Assembly (NCBI GenBank): GCA_951406725.2
Contig: OX597829.1
Location: 32,178,001-32,242,000, forward strand
DNA from: Octopus vulgaris
Taxonomy: Eukaryota
DNA: 64,000 bases
Direction of reading: 5' to 3'
The notes beneath the pieces were generated by a model. It did no database searches. It had not been told where the DNA came from and worked only from the letters and a program-made list of their open reading frames with translations. A program made the translations under genes and the position numbers. Positions 24,176-36,436 of the stretch are shown here, in pieces. The stretch's first letter is position 1. Every line of letters begins with the position of its first letter.

Positions 24176-24464
24176 TAGATATATATAGATAGATATTATG
24201 TATGTATGCATGTCTGCATATGATTGTATATGTCCCCTTATTTTCATATCATTGGATGGTTGTAAATAAGCATTGCTATCACAGAAGCAATGTTATTCAT
24301 TTCCAGTCATGGAAAGCATACTGGGCCATGGTAAAATATTACCTTGTTTGGAAGTGCATCTGGTTGTAGAAAATTTGTCTCAACAAATTTGTTTCACCTA
24401 TGCAAGTATAGAAAAGTGGGCATTAAACAATGATGATGTTGATGATGATACACACACACACACA

Positions 24465-25150
24465 GCAGTTCGTAGAGCACCTCTGAGACATTAGACTCAG
24501 CAATGACACCCCATTTCTGCTTTACCAGTCATTCACTACAACACCTGTCTGTGTTCGGATTGTCTTTGCACAGGGGCCATCCAGACTCCCACCTTCACCA
24601 TGAACAGGAATTAATCTTCTCTCTTCACTCCTTTGTGTCACATGGGCTCAACTCCTCTCCTCTCTTCATCTGACACTTCCTTTCTTCACTTCAAACCACC
24701 TTCTCCTTTCATTGATACCCCTCCAGCCACCCCACAATTCCACACACACTAGCACTGACCACTTCCCAGTACCCACACCATCACCTGCACACCATCACCC
24801 ACATATTACAGATGCACACATCCACACACATCAAAGCCACTAGCCCCTATCCACACACACACTTACACATACACACACAAACCTTTGTTTTGGGATCACC
24901 AATACTTTATTATCTCCCCTTCTCTCTATCCGTCAAACATTTTTCTAACCAGTTGCCATGCTTGACCACTAAATCCACAAGTTTTCTTTTATTCTCTCTC
25001 TGCTTATTTTCTCTTATTCCTTTCAGTTGAAGAGCATAGGCTCGAAATGTAAAAGACTTTCTCATTTTCCCCGAGCATCAAACTAATATACATGCTTGTT
25101 GTTCATACACCTGTCTTTGGCTTTTGTTTTTCTGTAAATTTCAACTATAT
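24465..25150 (+). mobile_element. Penelope-like element 3' end (GIY-YIG C-terminus + pLTR with degenerate minimal hammerhead)
   Basis: EHL..IRLSNDTP...EQELIFSLHSFVSHGLN-like terminus, a C/A-rich linker, then CTTT-CAGTTGA-A-GAGC-ATAG-GCTC-GAAA-TGTA-AAAG at 25020-25055. Confidence 0.65.
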
Positions 25151-25169
25151 ATAATTTACTAGGTTGTGG

Positions 25170-26480
25170 GGTGCATAAGGTAGTATCTTCCTGCATGAAC
25201 TAATTTACTGTAGTTATTTTTGTTCATCTGACTGCATTAGAAGTCTTGGAATGTTTGGCACCACAAGTTCTTGGGCCAGCCTTTCACCTGTTTCCCTTCA
25301 TCTTGTGTCCATATATAAGTACAGCCTTTATATGCTGAGTGAGTGGCTGGCACCATTTATGACTTGCTACATGAAACTGATACAGGTTCATGATGCTATC
25401 ATTGTCTGATATTCGTTTTGCAGAAAGATTTCCTCATTTGCAATTCTACTCTCTAGATGACTTTGAGGATCTTCCATTGGCATCAAGAGTGGAATGTGTT
25501 CATCTTTTTGGTTATGCTGTCATTTTCCATATTTCCCCGCCATATGGAACTGTTGGTAGAACAGTTGAGGCTTCCTGTCATAACTGATGCTTGTTATTCA
25601 AATTTTGTGCATTTACTGGAAATGGTCCCAGATTTGCCTTTTCTATTGTTTACTTCACTTTTTATACTTCCATCACTACAGATTTCACTGCCTGCGAAGG
25701 AGAAATTGCCTAAATATTCCTCAATCTGTTGTCCAATAAAGATTGAAAGCTGAGGTATGCATTCATCGGTATCACTTTGGGATCTTTTTTCACTTTTAAT
25801 TCTAGCTTGATTTTCCCCACTTGTTCTTTGTGCTTAATAGTTCTGGCAGCTCAGCTCTTGTTTCTGCCAGAAATGTATTGTCATCAGCAAAGTGCAGTTC
25901 ATAAAATCTTTTCATTTCACTGCACTGCATCCCTTCAGAGCCAGTATTGATTGCTCAGCTTCCTTATCAAAATGTCAATTACTGGCAGGAGGAGAAGCAA
26001 TAAGAATACGTAGATGCCAGCAATGATACTAAAGTTTTCAGTCAGGCCAGTGTCTGACCTGATACAGCAGCAACTGAAGTCTTCTTAGAGATTCTTGAAA
26101 CCCTCTCAGACACCAGTAATAATGCTGAGTTTACAGTCTGGCCAGTATATGTCTTGATACGACAGGGCATGTACTTCTCATAGATTCTCAAATATAATGA
26201 CATATTGTTGAGGGATGCTGTTTCCATAGTGATTCTCAATTGATGCTGTCAAAGGCACAATATCTCTCAATATTAAAATTTGTACAGTTCAAGAGTAGCT
26301 GGAATGAAATCTTACTTATTCCTCCTGCTGTTTTGTATGAATGCCTGTCAAATCCTGTTTGTAACACAATGTGGAAAAATTCACCTGGTAGAAGAAGCAA
26401 TGTATTTACTAATAATTGCTTACTAACCAGTTACAGTCTACCAAGTTTCTGGAAGTGTCATAATGGTCCACCTTTCTGAT
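25170..26480 (-). mobile_element. Old degraded RTE-like LINE fragment
   Basis: Minus-strand LHFADD (~25880-25897) and RTE-like C-terminal remnants; heavily mutated. Confidence 0.55.
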
Positions 26481-26517
26481 CAGAAGATATAGATAGATAG
26501 ACAGATGTATGTATGTG

Positions 26518-26549
<32 letters not shown>

Positions 26550-26859
26550 TGCATGCATGCATGCATGCATGTATGTATGTATGTATGTATGTATGTATGT
26601 ATGTATGTATGTACATATGTACGTACATATGTACATATGTATGTATATATGTATGCATGCATGCATGTTATTGTTCAGTTTTATTTCAAAATTTCTTGTT
26701 AATAGAAAAAAAAAAAGTTTCTAACTTAGATCCAAGGCTTCTTCATTGGAATTTCAACATCAACAACAGGGTATTTATGTTTGTATGTACGTATACGTGC
26801 AGATTTGTATGTTTTATGTATGTATTCTCAAGCATATAGTTGAATATCTAGACATGCTC

Positions 26860-27110
26860 ATATATATTTAAATGATAAACTTTTGCAAAGTTTTACAGAT
26901 TTTTACAATTACAGTCTAAGTCTTAGAATTAGCTTTCTTCTTTCTGGTTTTGAGAAGTCTAATTTCTCAAGATTGATATTTAGGCAGTGTGTTACATATC
27001 CCAGGCCCCAATAATTGTAGGTATAAACCTGAATTCGTAATCAAGATAGAGTAACAGCAGGCTTCTCAATAGTTCAGCATAGGTATTCTCTTTTTCACTT
27101 ATCTTCAGCT
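26860..27110 (-). mobile_element. Second RLE-type (R4/NeSL-like) LINE 3' fragment
   Basis: KLKISEKENTYAELL...YEFRFIPTIIGAW resembles the end of the 13600-14110 fragment. Confidence 0.65.
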
Positions 27111-27472
27111 TTATGTATGTATGTATGTATGTATGTATGTATGTATGTATGCATGTATGCATGCATGCATGCATGTATGTACATACAGATGTTTGTTTCT
27201 AATTATTCTAATTCTTCTGCGGTGGAAAGACTTGGTTTCTAACAAAGTTACAAAGCTCCATCATTGGAATGTTGATAACAAAAGCAATGTCACATTTTAA
27301 ACTTGAAAATATTCTTTCATATTTTTCTGCTCCCCTTACAGATAATATGTGTAATGTGCTTGAATTTTTTTTCTGAAAAACCAAACTTATCCGGATTGTC
27401 ATTCAGGCATCTACTCACAAAACCAAGTGTACCAATTATGAGTGATAGAAATGTAAATTTACAATCTGGATA

Positions 27473-28030
27473 TACAAAGGTGGGCTGAAAAGTTCATAGG
27501 CTGACTATGAAAGAGTAATGTTAGAGCTGTGAAATCTTACATGTATTTATTTAAAACTCTTCTTATTAATAACTGCATTATTTCTTTCTAGGTAAACTGA
27601 CGTCTGACTGTTCAAAGAAGACTTCAAAAGTAACCAGTAGAGATTTCTCTTAAAAATGGACAAAATTTGGCATTGTGGTGTTGTCAAGTACCTGCAAGAA
27701 AAGGGTTTAGCTCCCATCGACATTCATAATGATATGGTTGCTACATTAGGGGACGACACTCCAGCTTTATTAACAGTGCAAAAGTGGGTAGCTGAATTTA
27801 GGAGGAGAAAGGAGAGTCTTGAAGGTGACCCAAATCTGGACATCCTGCATCTGCCACCACTGAGGAAGACATTGATCGTGTTCACCACTGAGGAAGACAT
27901 TGATCGTGTTCACCACATGGTAACGGATTGCTGGTGATTGACTATAAACCAAATAGCCAATGCTATTCCGTGAGAGAGTTGAGAATATTCTGCACAATAA
28001 ATTTGGTATGATGATGATCTCTGCTCAGTG
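27473..28030 (+). mobile_element. 5' part of a mariner (SETMAR/Hsmar-like HTH) transposon
   Basis: TIR-like start TACAAAGGTGGGCTGAAAAGTTCATAGG. ORF MDKIWHCGVVKYLQEKGLAPIDIHNDMVATLGDDTPALLTVQKWVAEFRRRKESLEGDP is a mariner N-terminal HTH. An internal 28-bp tandem duplication lies at 27855-27910. Confidence 0.85.
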
Positions 28031-28491
28031 ACTACTGTCTATGTATGAAAATAATGTTCTCTTGTATTCCTCATCAATTACCACTAGTTTCTTAAACATA
28101 TGCTTGTAAAAGATGGTTATCATTGTTTTATTTCCCTCCAATCATCTTTACCCAGAAGAACTTGGTCCAAAATGTTGGCTGCTCCATATCTTGCAGCAAT
28201 TTCACTGTACTTTTTCTGTCACTTTATATCATCATCATCATTTAATATCTGTTTTCTATGCTGGCATGGGTTATATGGTTTGACTGGAACTAGTAAACTG
28301 GAGAGCTGCACCTGGATCCAGTTGTTTGTTTTGGCTTGTTTTCTATGGCTGGATGCCCTTCCTAACGCCAACAGAGTGTACTGGGTGCTTTCTATGAGTC
28401 ACTGGCATAGGTGCTTTTTTTCTTGTCACTGATGTGTCTTCTCATTAACAACAAATCACCAGTAGTCTCAATCACCTGAGACTTCTGATAA

Positions 28492-28726
28492 AGGTGGTGA
28501 GTTGGCAGAATTGTTAGCACACCGGGCGAAATGCTTAGTGGTGTTTCGTCTGCCGTTATGTTCTGAGTTCAAATCCCACTGAGGTCGACTTTGCCTTTCA
28601 TTCTTTCGGGGTCGATAAATTAAATACCAGTTACGCACTGGGGTTGATGTAATCGACTTAATCCCTTTGTCTGTCCTTGTTTGTCACCTCTGTGTTTAGC
28701 CCCTTGTGAGCAATAAAGAAATAAGA
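28492..28726 (+). mobile_element. Well-preserved tRNA-derived SINE with Meta-domain-like segment, inserted in an old minus-strand RTE tail (28228-28750)
   Basis: GGTGGTGAGTTGGCAGAATTGTTAGC...GACTTTGCCTTTCATTCTTTCGGGGTCGATAAATTAAATACC...AATAAAGAAATAAGA. Flanked by AGTCTCA(A/G)TCACCTG at 28464-28478 and 28727-28741. Confidence 0.85.
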
Positions 28727-28919
28727 AGTCTCAGTCACCTGTCATTACATCCACACATACACAGTGCTTCCTTTCTCCACTTGGATCATTTGCTCCCTCT
28801 CCTCTGAAATTTGCATTTTCATGTATCTCCTGTACAACAAGAAACCTGATCTGCTCTGGCCCTCTCTCTCATACTTTTGCCACTCATCTAACACAAGTTG
28901 CCCTTCCCGTCCCAAGAAT

Positions 28920-31163
28920 CTGTAGTTTTATTACATGTTTTTAAATAAGAAAAATGTACTTATAAATAACAATTATTGTATAAATAAACAATACAATAGA
29001 ATGTACAGCAATAAACTGGTTTTATTAAGTATTATGTATAGCATTTACCTTGGGGATCAGATGTCTTGAGGATGCTGATGGAGGTGGAAGAGAAAGGCTG
29101 AACTGGAGAACTGAATCTTATTCACTGATTTTTGCTCTTTTTACCATGCTTTCCTCACTTTCATCTGCAGGTGTTTTTGATAAAAACCCCTTTCATCCTC
29201 ACTTTCAGAGTGTTTCTTGAATGAGTTAGGCATGTGTCATTAAATAGCGCCATTGCATGCCCAGTTGCAACCTTTTCTGTGTGTTTCTTTTGAATAAAGT
29301 CTGAAAGTTTCTCCCACATTCCCAATATTTGCTTTATCGTACTTGTAGAGATAACCTCCTCTCTGTCACCTATTTCCTGCAAAACCTCTGTATGCTGCTG
29401 CATCTTCTAGCTCCTTTAGTTCTTCTGTTGTCAGTTCCTCAGAGTGCTCCTTGATGAGCTCATTGATATCACCTTTATCTACATCCAGACCTATGGACTT
29501 GCTGAGGAATGCAGTCTTCTCCACCAGTGCCACTTTGGGTTTGAGTCTTTCAAAGTCTGTTTCAGACACAACCTCAGGCTACAGCTTCTTCCACACAGAG
29601 GTCAAGGTCCTCTTTGTAGCACCCTGCCAGGCCATATAGATAATTTTGAGACATAGTGGTCTTTCCAGAACTCTCTAAGAGTGAGGTTTGTGCTCTCTGT
29701 CACCTCAAAGCAGTGGCGGAACAGGTGCTTGGTGAAGAGCTTCTTGAAATTAGAAATCTCATGTTGGACCATGGGCTACAGGATAGGGGTAGTGTCGGGT
29801 GGAAGGTAGAGAACCTTTATACACTTGAACCCTTCGAGGATGTCATCTTTGAGTTTAGGGCTTGCAGGAGTAGGTTATTTTCCTGGAGATACTTCTTAAC
29901 ATCAATACCAAAGACCAAATTCACCCGCTCCACTGATAACTATCTGGTGACCCACACCCTTGGAGTTGCCCTCTACATAACCTGCAGTTTTTCTTTCAGA
30001 ATCTTATGTGACTTAATGGTTCTTTCCGAATGATAAACAAGCAGTGGCTTAATCTTGCAGTCGCTGCTCGCATTGGTGCACAGTGTGAAGGTTTGCTTAT
30101 CCTTCATGGGTTTGTGACCTGGTGTCCTCTTCTCCTCTACCATTATATAAGTCCTTTTTAGCATCTTCCATAAAGGTCCTATCTTGTCACAGCTGAAGAC
30201 TTGCTGGGGGATGTATTCTTTGGCTGCTCTAATTTCGGCAAAAGATTTGAGGTAATCTTCAGCTGCCTTCATATCCGCGCTCATTGCCTCACCATGACTG
30301 ATAAGGGGGTGAATGTCGGTCCGCTTTTTAAAATTCTTGAACCAGCCCCAGCTAGCTTTAAATGACTTACCTGGCTCCTTGTCCATAAGAGTGCCTGGTG
30401 TCTGCTGCAGCAAATCAATGTAAATAACTCATGCCTTCTTGCAGATTATAGCCTCGGTTATGGCATCTCTTGCAAGCTGCTTCTCTGTCAACCACACCAT
30501 CAGCAACTTCTCCATGTTTTCAGGGTGAGATGTCTCCTGTTTAGAAATTATTTTAACACCCTTGGTTGGCGTTATAGCCTTTATTGACTCCTTCTGCATC
30601 AGTATGGTGCAGGTCATAGAAGTGCTATGCTCGTACTGCTTTGCCATGTCAACTATATGCATACCTTGGTAATGTTTTTTAGATAATTTCTTTCTTTAAT
30701 TCAATGCACATCATCTGCTTCTTCTTCTCACCACTGTTCTTCGTACTCACTTTCTTCAGACCCATGGTTGGAAAAACGAAGTTTTGCAAAATAGTTGCAA
30801 GCACAACACTGATGATTCTGAAGCCGGCAATGACTAAGTATGCATTTTACCACCTGTTTAGCTAATGATCCACTATTGATTTTCACGCTTGTTAACGCAC
30901 ATGTCTGTCTAGTTTTCCATATACTAATGATCTTCACACTTGCTAATGTGCGGGTCTATCTAGCTATTGAGTGAGACACGAGATGCTGGGCAGATGTTAC
31001 AGTGTTCACTGTGGAGTTTGCTACGCCAACTAGCAGTGGGGTATCTGAAGCTGGCTCGTAACCCGAAGTTTAGCTCGCAACTCAAAGCAAAAGATCGGCC
31101 GAGAGATGGCTCTATCTTGAAAAATTCGTTAGTTGGGATACTTGTAAGTTAAGGTACACACTG
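28920..31163 (-). mobile_element. Tigger/pogo DNA transposon (CENP-B HTH + DDE_1), frameshifted
   Basis: MEKLLMVWLTEKQ..ITEAIICKKA, FKASWGWFKNFKKR, QQVFSCDKIG, PGHKPMKDK and KIKPLLVYHSE. The 5' TIR on the minus strand reads TA|CAGTGTGTACCTTAACTTACAAGT (ends 31163). The other TIR was not identified. Confidence 0.9.
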
Positions 31164-31170
31164 TATATAT

Positions 31171-31345
31171 ATACACTCTGTCGAGTATGCACACTGACAT
31201 TACACATCCATCGGATCATACTGCTTCATTCCTTGCGAGCTTACGCATGTCCTCAGCAGTTACAGCCCATGTTTCACTGCCATGTAGTATGGCTGTTCAT
31301 ATACACGCATCATACAGTCTATCTTTTACTCTGAGCGAGAGGCCC
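31171..31345 (-). mobile_element. Short RTE fragment inverted relative to 31915-32090
   Basis: Reverse complement of GGCCTCTCGCTCAGAG...CAGAGTGTA inside the adjacent RTE. Confidence 0.85.
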
Positions 31346-31366
31346 TACATATATATTTATTTATAT

Positions 31367-33037
31367 AGGCAATAACAGAGGAATTCAAGACAGGATGCCC
31401 TTGGGAGCTCCTCTATGCTGATGACCTTGCTCTAATTGCTGAGTCACTATCAGAACTGGAGGAGAAGTTTCAGGTGTGGAAACAAGGATTAGAATCGAAG
31501 GGCCTTAGAATCAACCTAGCCAAAACCAAAGTCCTAATAAGTAGGAAGGTGGACCAATCACAAACGGTTTCAGGTAGATGGCCCTGCTTGATCTGTAAAA
31601 AAGGTGTAGGTAGAAACTCTATAAGGTGCACCAAGTGTAAGCTATGGACACATAAGAGGTGCAGCAATGTCAAAGGAAGGCTAACTAGGAAAATAGTTTT
31701 TGTCTGTGGCAGATGCTCAGGAGCAATAAACACTGGAAATGTGCAGAGACCAACTTCTACCACGTTCCAGGGAGACAAACTAGAAGTAGTTGATAGCTTC
31801 CACTACCTAGGTGACCAAGTCAGTAGCAGGGGTGGGTGTGCTGAAAGTGTAACTGCTAGAGTAAGAATAGCCTGGGCAAAGTTTAGAGAGCTCTTACCCC
31901 TGCTGGTGACAAAAGGCCTCTCGCTCAGAGTTAAAGGCAGACTGTACGATGCATGTGTACGTACAGCCATGCTACATGGTAGTGAAACATGGGCCGTGAC
32001 TGCTGAGGATATGCGTAAGCTCGCAAGAAATGAAGCCAGTATGCTCCGATGGATGTGTAATGTCAGTGTTCATAATCGACAGAGTGTAAGTACCTTGAGA
32101 GAAAAGTTGAACCTAAGAAGCATCAGTTGTGGTGTGCAAGAGAGACGTCTGCGCTGGTATGGTCATGTGACGAGAATGGCTGAAGATAGTTGTGTGCAAA
32201 AGTGCTACACCCTAGCAGTTGAGGGAACCTGTGGAAGAGGTAGACCCAGGAAAACCTGGGATGAGGTGGTGAAGCATGACCTTCGAACTTTAGGTCTCAT
32301 CAAGGAAATGACTAGAGACCGAGACTTATGGAAGTATGCTGTGCATGAGAAGACCCGGCAAGACTAGTGAGGCCATAACCCGTGGCCTCTACCTGGTATG
32401 TAGCCAGTCGACTTATACATACCTTTCCTTCTTGGGACACAAAACTCCACTTGTGAAGACCCGTTGAGGCAAGTGAAAATCAAAAAATCAAAATCAAAAT
32501 CAAATCAGATATCATAAAGCAGAACCAAAATCAAAGTCGATCAACATCAATGGAAATTGCAGCGAACCATCCGATTGTGGCCGTTGCCAGTGCCACCCCG
32601 ACTGGCCTCCGTGCCGGTGGCACATAAAAGCACCATCCGTTCGTGTCCGTTGCCAGCCTCGCCTGGCCCCCGTGCCGGTGGCACATAAAAGCACCATCCG
32701 TTCGTGGCCGTTGCCAGCCTGGCTCCCGTGCCGGTGGCACATAAAAGCACCATCCGTTCGTGTCCGTTGCCAGCCCCGTCTGGCCCCCGTGCCGGTGGCA
32801 CGTAAAAGCACCATCAGTTCGTGGCCGTTTGCCAGCACTGTCTGGCACCTGTGCGGGTGGCACGTAAAAAGCACCCACTACACTCGCGGAGTGGTTGGCG
32901 TTAGGAAGGGCATCCAGCCGTAGAAACACTGCCAGATCAGACTGGGCCTGATGCAGCCTTCTGGCTTCACAGACCCCAGTTGAACCGTCCAACTCATGCT
33001 AGCATGGAAAACGGACGCTAAATGATGATGATGATGA
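31367..33037 (+). mobile_element. Young 5'-truncated RTE LINE: stop-free ORF (31369-32367) with YADD, PHD-like finger and thumb; 3' UTR stem-loop array; (GAT)n tail
   Basis: AITEEFKTGCPWELLYADDL...KTKVL...YLGDQV...HGSETW...RRLRWYGHV...GRGRPRKTW. Five ~58-bp units at 32567-32873. Tail GGTTGGCGTTAGGAAGGGCATCC...AAATGATGATG. Confidence 0.95.
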
Positions 33038-33611
33038 CTGCTCTATAACTTAGAATGTATTTCTTTATTGGATTTATGTTCTACCAATAATATATACATA
33101 TACTCAATCACACGAACATATATATTAATCACACCTACTCAGTGAAAAAGTGCTTTTGCTGACATTGAAAGTATTTATGACAGGAGAAGACCACTGGAAA
33201 AAAACAAAAATGTGGGGATATGATCAAATCATAAGATGTTGGAATCTACAAAATGGGAGTTATAAGATTAGATGCTGCAATAAGTCATCCTCTGAATTGA
33301 ATTGTCTAATTCTACTATATATATATTCCTGAATTTTATTTAATTTGCTTTGCGGAAAGGACTGTTTCAATGAAGTCACGTCTTGTCCTTACCTTTGAAA
33401 TGCTGAGAAGATGAAACAGGGACAACTGAAGAAGGGGAATATTCCTTGTGTTGTATGTCTTGTACTCTGATTTTTCGTTGTTTGAAAAAAAGTTCGTTTC
33501 CATGTTTTTGTCTTTATGTTTTCGTTTCTCATTGTGTTCAATGTTGTTTTGATGTCCTGTACCCATATATGCAAGTATATTTACATATAGATGTAGGTAT
33601 GTACATATATG

Positions 33612-33649
<38 letters not shown>

Positions 33650-33651
<2 letters not shown>

Positions 33652-33835
33652 CATCATCATCATCATCGTTTAGCGTCCGCTTTTCATGCTGGCATGGTTT
33701 GGACGGTTCAACTGGCGTCTGGGAAGCCAGAAGGCTGCACCAGGCTCAGTCTGATCTGGCAATGTTTCTACAGCTTGATGCCCTTTCTAACGCCAACCAC
33801 TCCATGAGTGTAGTGGGTGCTTTTTACGTGCCACG
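33650..33835 (-). mobile_element. RTE 3' tail copy, inverted relative to 32875-33037
   Basis: (CAT)n followed by CGTTTAGCGTCCGC...GATGCCCTTTCTAACGCCAACCACTCC. Other tail remnants lie at ~41905-42080(-), 43690-43830(+), 49900-50115(+) and 63060-63430(+). Confidence 0.85.
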
Positions 33836-35220
33836 CACACACACACACACACATATATATATATTATAACACACCGATGGCTACATGTATGTATAAACAT
33901 TAAGTAAATAAAATCGAACTCTTGACACTTAACCTGCATTAAAAAGAACATATAAAATAACTCTCTCACACATTCACGAATTCATTGTCAAACTAGAATT
34001 CATCATAGATGAATTCTTTGTAATAGTTTGACTGTTGTTTAGTTTCTAATCATGTAAGCCAACAGTTATACACGTTTAGATAGTCATTCGTTTGTTTCGC
34101 TTATGATATTTAATAAAGCGAAAACATGCTCAGAGTTGTCTCCCGTACTTGCTGGGATATTTATATAAAATATTAGTCATCGAGAAATTTATTTATTTTT
34201 TCTAACAGTATATTTTAATTCTACTTCAGCTTTTTTTTTAATGATACATGCATTAAATATGCTGACACCCACTTAGCTAAAATTCATACTGGTGTCCATT
34301 AGAGTTCAACAGACGATAATTACAACGCAATCAAATTGAGATAAAAGGAGTGGTGAAGACGACAGTCAACGTAGTGAGGTGCCCCTTATTGACAGATGTC
34401 TCTTTGCCCGTTTAAGTTTAGATCATAAAGATAAATGGAAAAAAAGAAGCTTTTTACGCACGCAAATTAATAAAATATGTCCGTTTTATTTTTCGTAACG
34501 AAATTAACACTCGTTGAAGGGGAAAAAATTTGTTTGTGAGAAATATTAAAATTTTTATTTTAAAAACAAACTGGTCAGTAAAAACTGTCTATTTTAAAGT
34601 TTTCCCGATAAAACTGAAGATCTGCTTAAATTATATAAATGTAATATGAAAATGTTTACAATTTATGAGCAAATCTGTATTTCTACGAGCAATTAAGCTG
34701 TTTATAAAGAGCTGTCAAAACGAAAATATTTCATTTGAAATATTAAAATGTTTCATTTAGCTTAACCGTAACCCTACTTTATATACAAGTTGGTAGCAGT
34801 AATTTTTAAGACGAGGGGGAAATGAAGAACAAGTGCACGACACGGGTTTATATATGCATGTATTACAGGGCTTCAAGTCGATGCTCCTCCTTTCTCTTGC
34901 CCCACACACATGCATAACACACATTTTATAAATTCAAACGTAACTTACTATTCCATATTTCTCATTGGGAGTGGTCTTCAGGTAAACGTAAAGGCCACTT
35001 TTAGTGAGACACTTCACTGGGAACTTAAGTTACGTTTGAATTTGTCAACAGTGTGTGTGAGTGTATATATGTGTGTATATATATATATATATAAATAAAT
35101 ATATATATATATATTATAGATAGATATAGCGAGAGGGAGAGAGCGCTATACTGTATATATATATGTGTGTCTATGTAATTGAGTAGCAGTAGACAAATGT
35201 CACTGAGGCTTCTCTATAGA

Positions 35221-35235
35221 TCTCGCGCATGCGCC
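35221..35235. promoter_or_regulatory. NRF1-type palindrome (GCGCATGCGC) overlapping a TCTCGCG half-site; probable JIP3/4 core promoter
   Basis: TCTCGCGCATGCGCC lies ~1.8 kb upstream of the JIP ATG, in a largely TE-free zone that looks CpG-richer by eye (~34000-41000). Function is inferred. Confidence 0.55.
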
Positions 35236-36395
35236 TCCACTTGAATGATGAAGCGACTTTGATGGAGATCAATATGCCATGGCTGGTTGGCTGGGTATAA
35301 GAAAAGAATGGAGATGTCCTCCGCATTTCTGCTCCCGGCTATCCTGGTCTTCGTCCTCGTTCTCCTAGTAGTATTGCTATTGCCGACAACATTGACGCAG
35401 AAAAAGAAGCAACAGCAGCTATTTCCACTGTCCAAAATATTGATACCTCACTTCTACTTCAAACAACAACAACCGTATCAACTACACCAACAGATTGCTG
35501 CCTCTATATTCTTCCCATTTGCTGTTTAGCAGTTTTCGCCTACCAATTTCTCATTGATATCTTTTCTGCACTTAATCTAATCCTTTTCCCCCTCGTTAAC
35601 TTCATGTTTTGTCATTTCTAATTATTTGCTTCCACCGATTCTTATTTGGCACCTCTTTTACTCCTTGGCGAAACTAAATGTTTTTTTATGTTTGTTATTC
35701 GCTTTGTTAATATTATAAGTACAACATGACACTATACTTGCTTTATGACAATATATAGTTTTGTTTAATACTTAATATTATTCTTACTACTAACTTCAGC
35801 ATTGTAAGCTATATATAATAATAATATACTCGATGAAAGTAGTCATATAAACACCATTAAGAAGAGAAAAAAATTATTTGCAGTCTTCAATAATATATTT
35901 AGGAGCTAAAGCTCAGAATATAACGAGTAAAAAGTTACATATATAATATGCTATTTACCTTATTAATTAGACATATGTAAGCCGTACGCGAGCAATTGCA
36001 GAATAGCGAGGCAAAATTAAAGAAAGAGCACTTGTTTCTTATTGTTTTGTAATATCAACAGTTTGATATTATCTACATAGAATTAAAATTATCTTATAAT
36101 TTATCAAACTATTTTCTATAGTTTACGATAAATTATCCTACGCACTAACTTTACATTAGTAAATTCTTGCAAATATTGTTCAACTATATTGTATTCTAAA
36201 CTATCGCTTTCTTCGTTTATGTTTTTTCTTTCTGAACGGAAGGGGGAAAATAGTTATAAAATAAAATAGAAAGAGGAGATAACATAAATTGATGTTGCAA
36301 TTAACCGTATTCCAGTATCCTTTTAATTTACATTCTCAATTTTAGGCTGTGACTTTCGTATTTACACGCACCCACACACGTGTATATATATATAG

Positions 36396-36436
<41 letters not shown>

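Noticed and set aside
31171-31345. Twin-priming 5' inversion of the adjacent young RTE
   Set aside because: The inverted piece duplicates sequence already present inside the element (31915-32090) and is diverged from it, so it is a separate, older copy.
32567-32873. CRISPR-like appearance of palindromic repeats here and at 60126-61320
   Set aside because: The intervening sequences are homologous to each other rather than unique spacers, the context is a eukaryotic LINE 3' UTR, and there are no cas genes.
11696-35240. Shared bidirectional promoter for AtuA and JIP3/4
   Set aside because: The genes are divergent but ~23 kb apart, separated by TE-filled DNA, and each has its own CpG-retaining zone.
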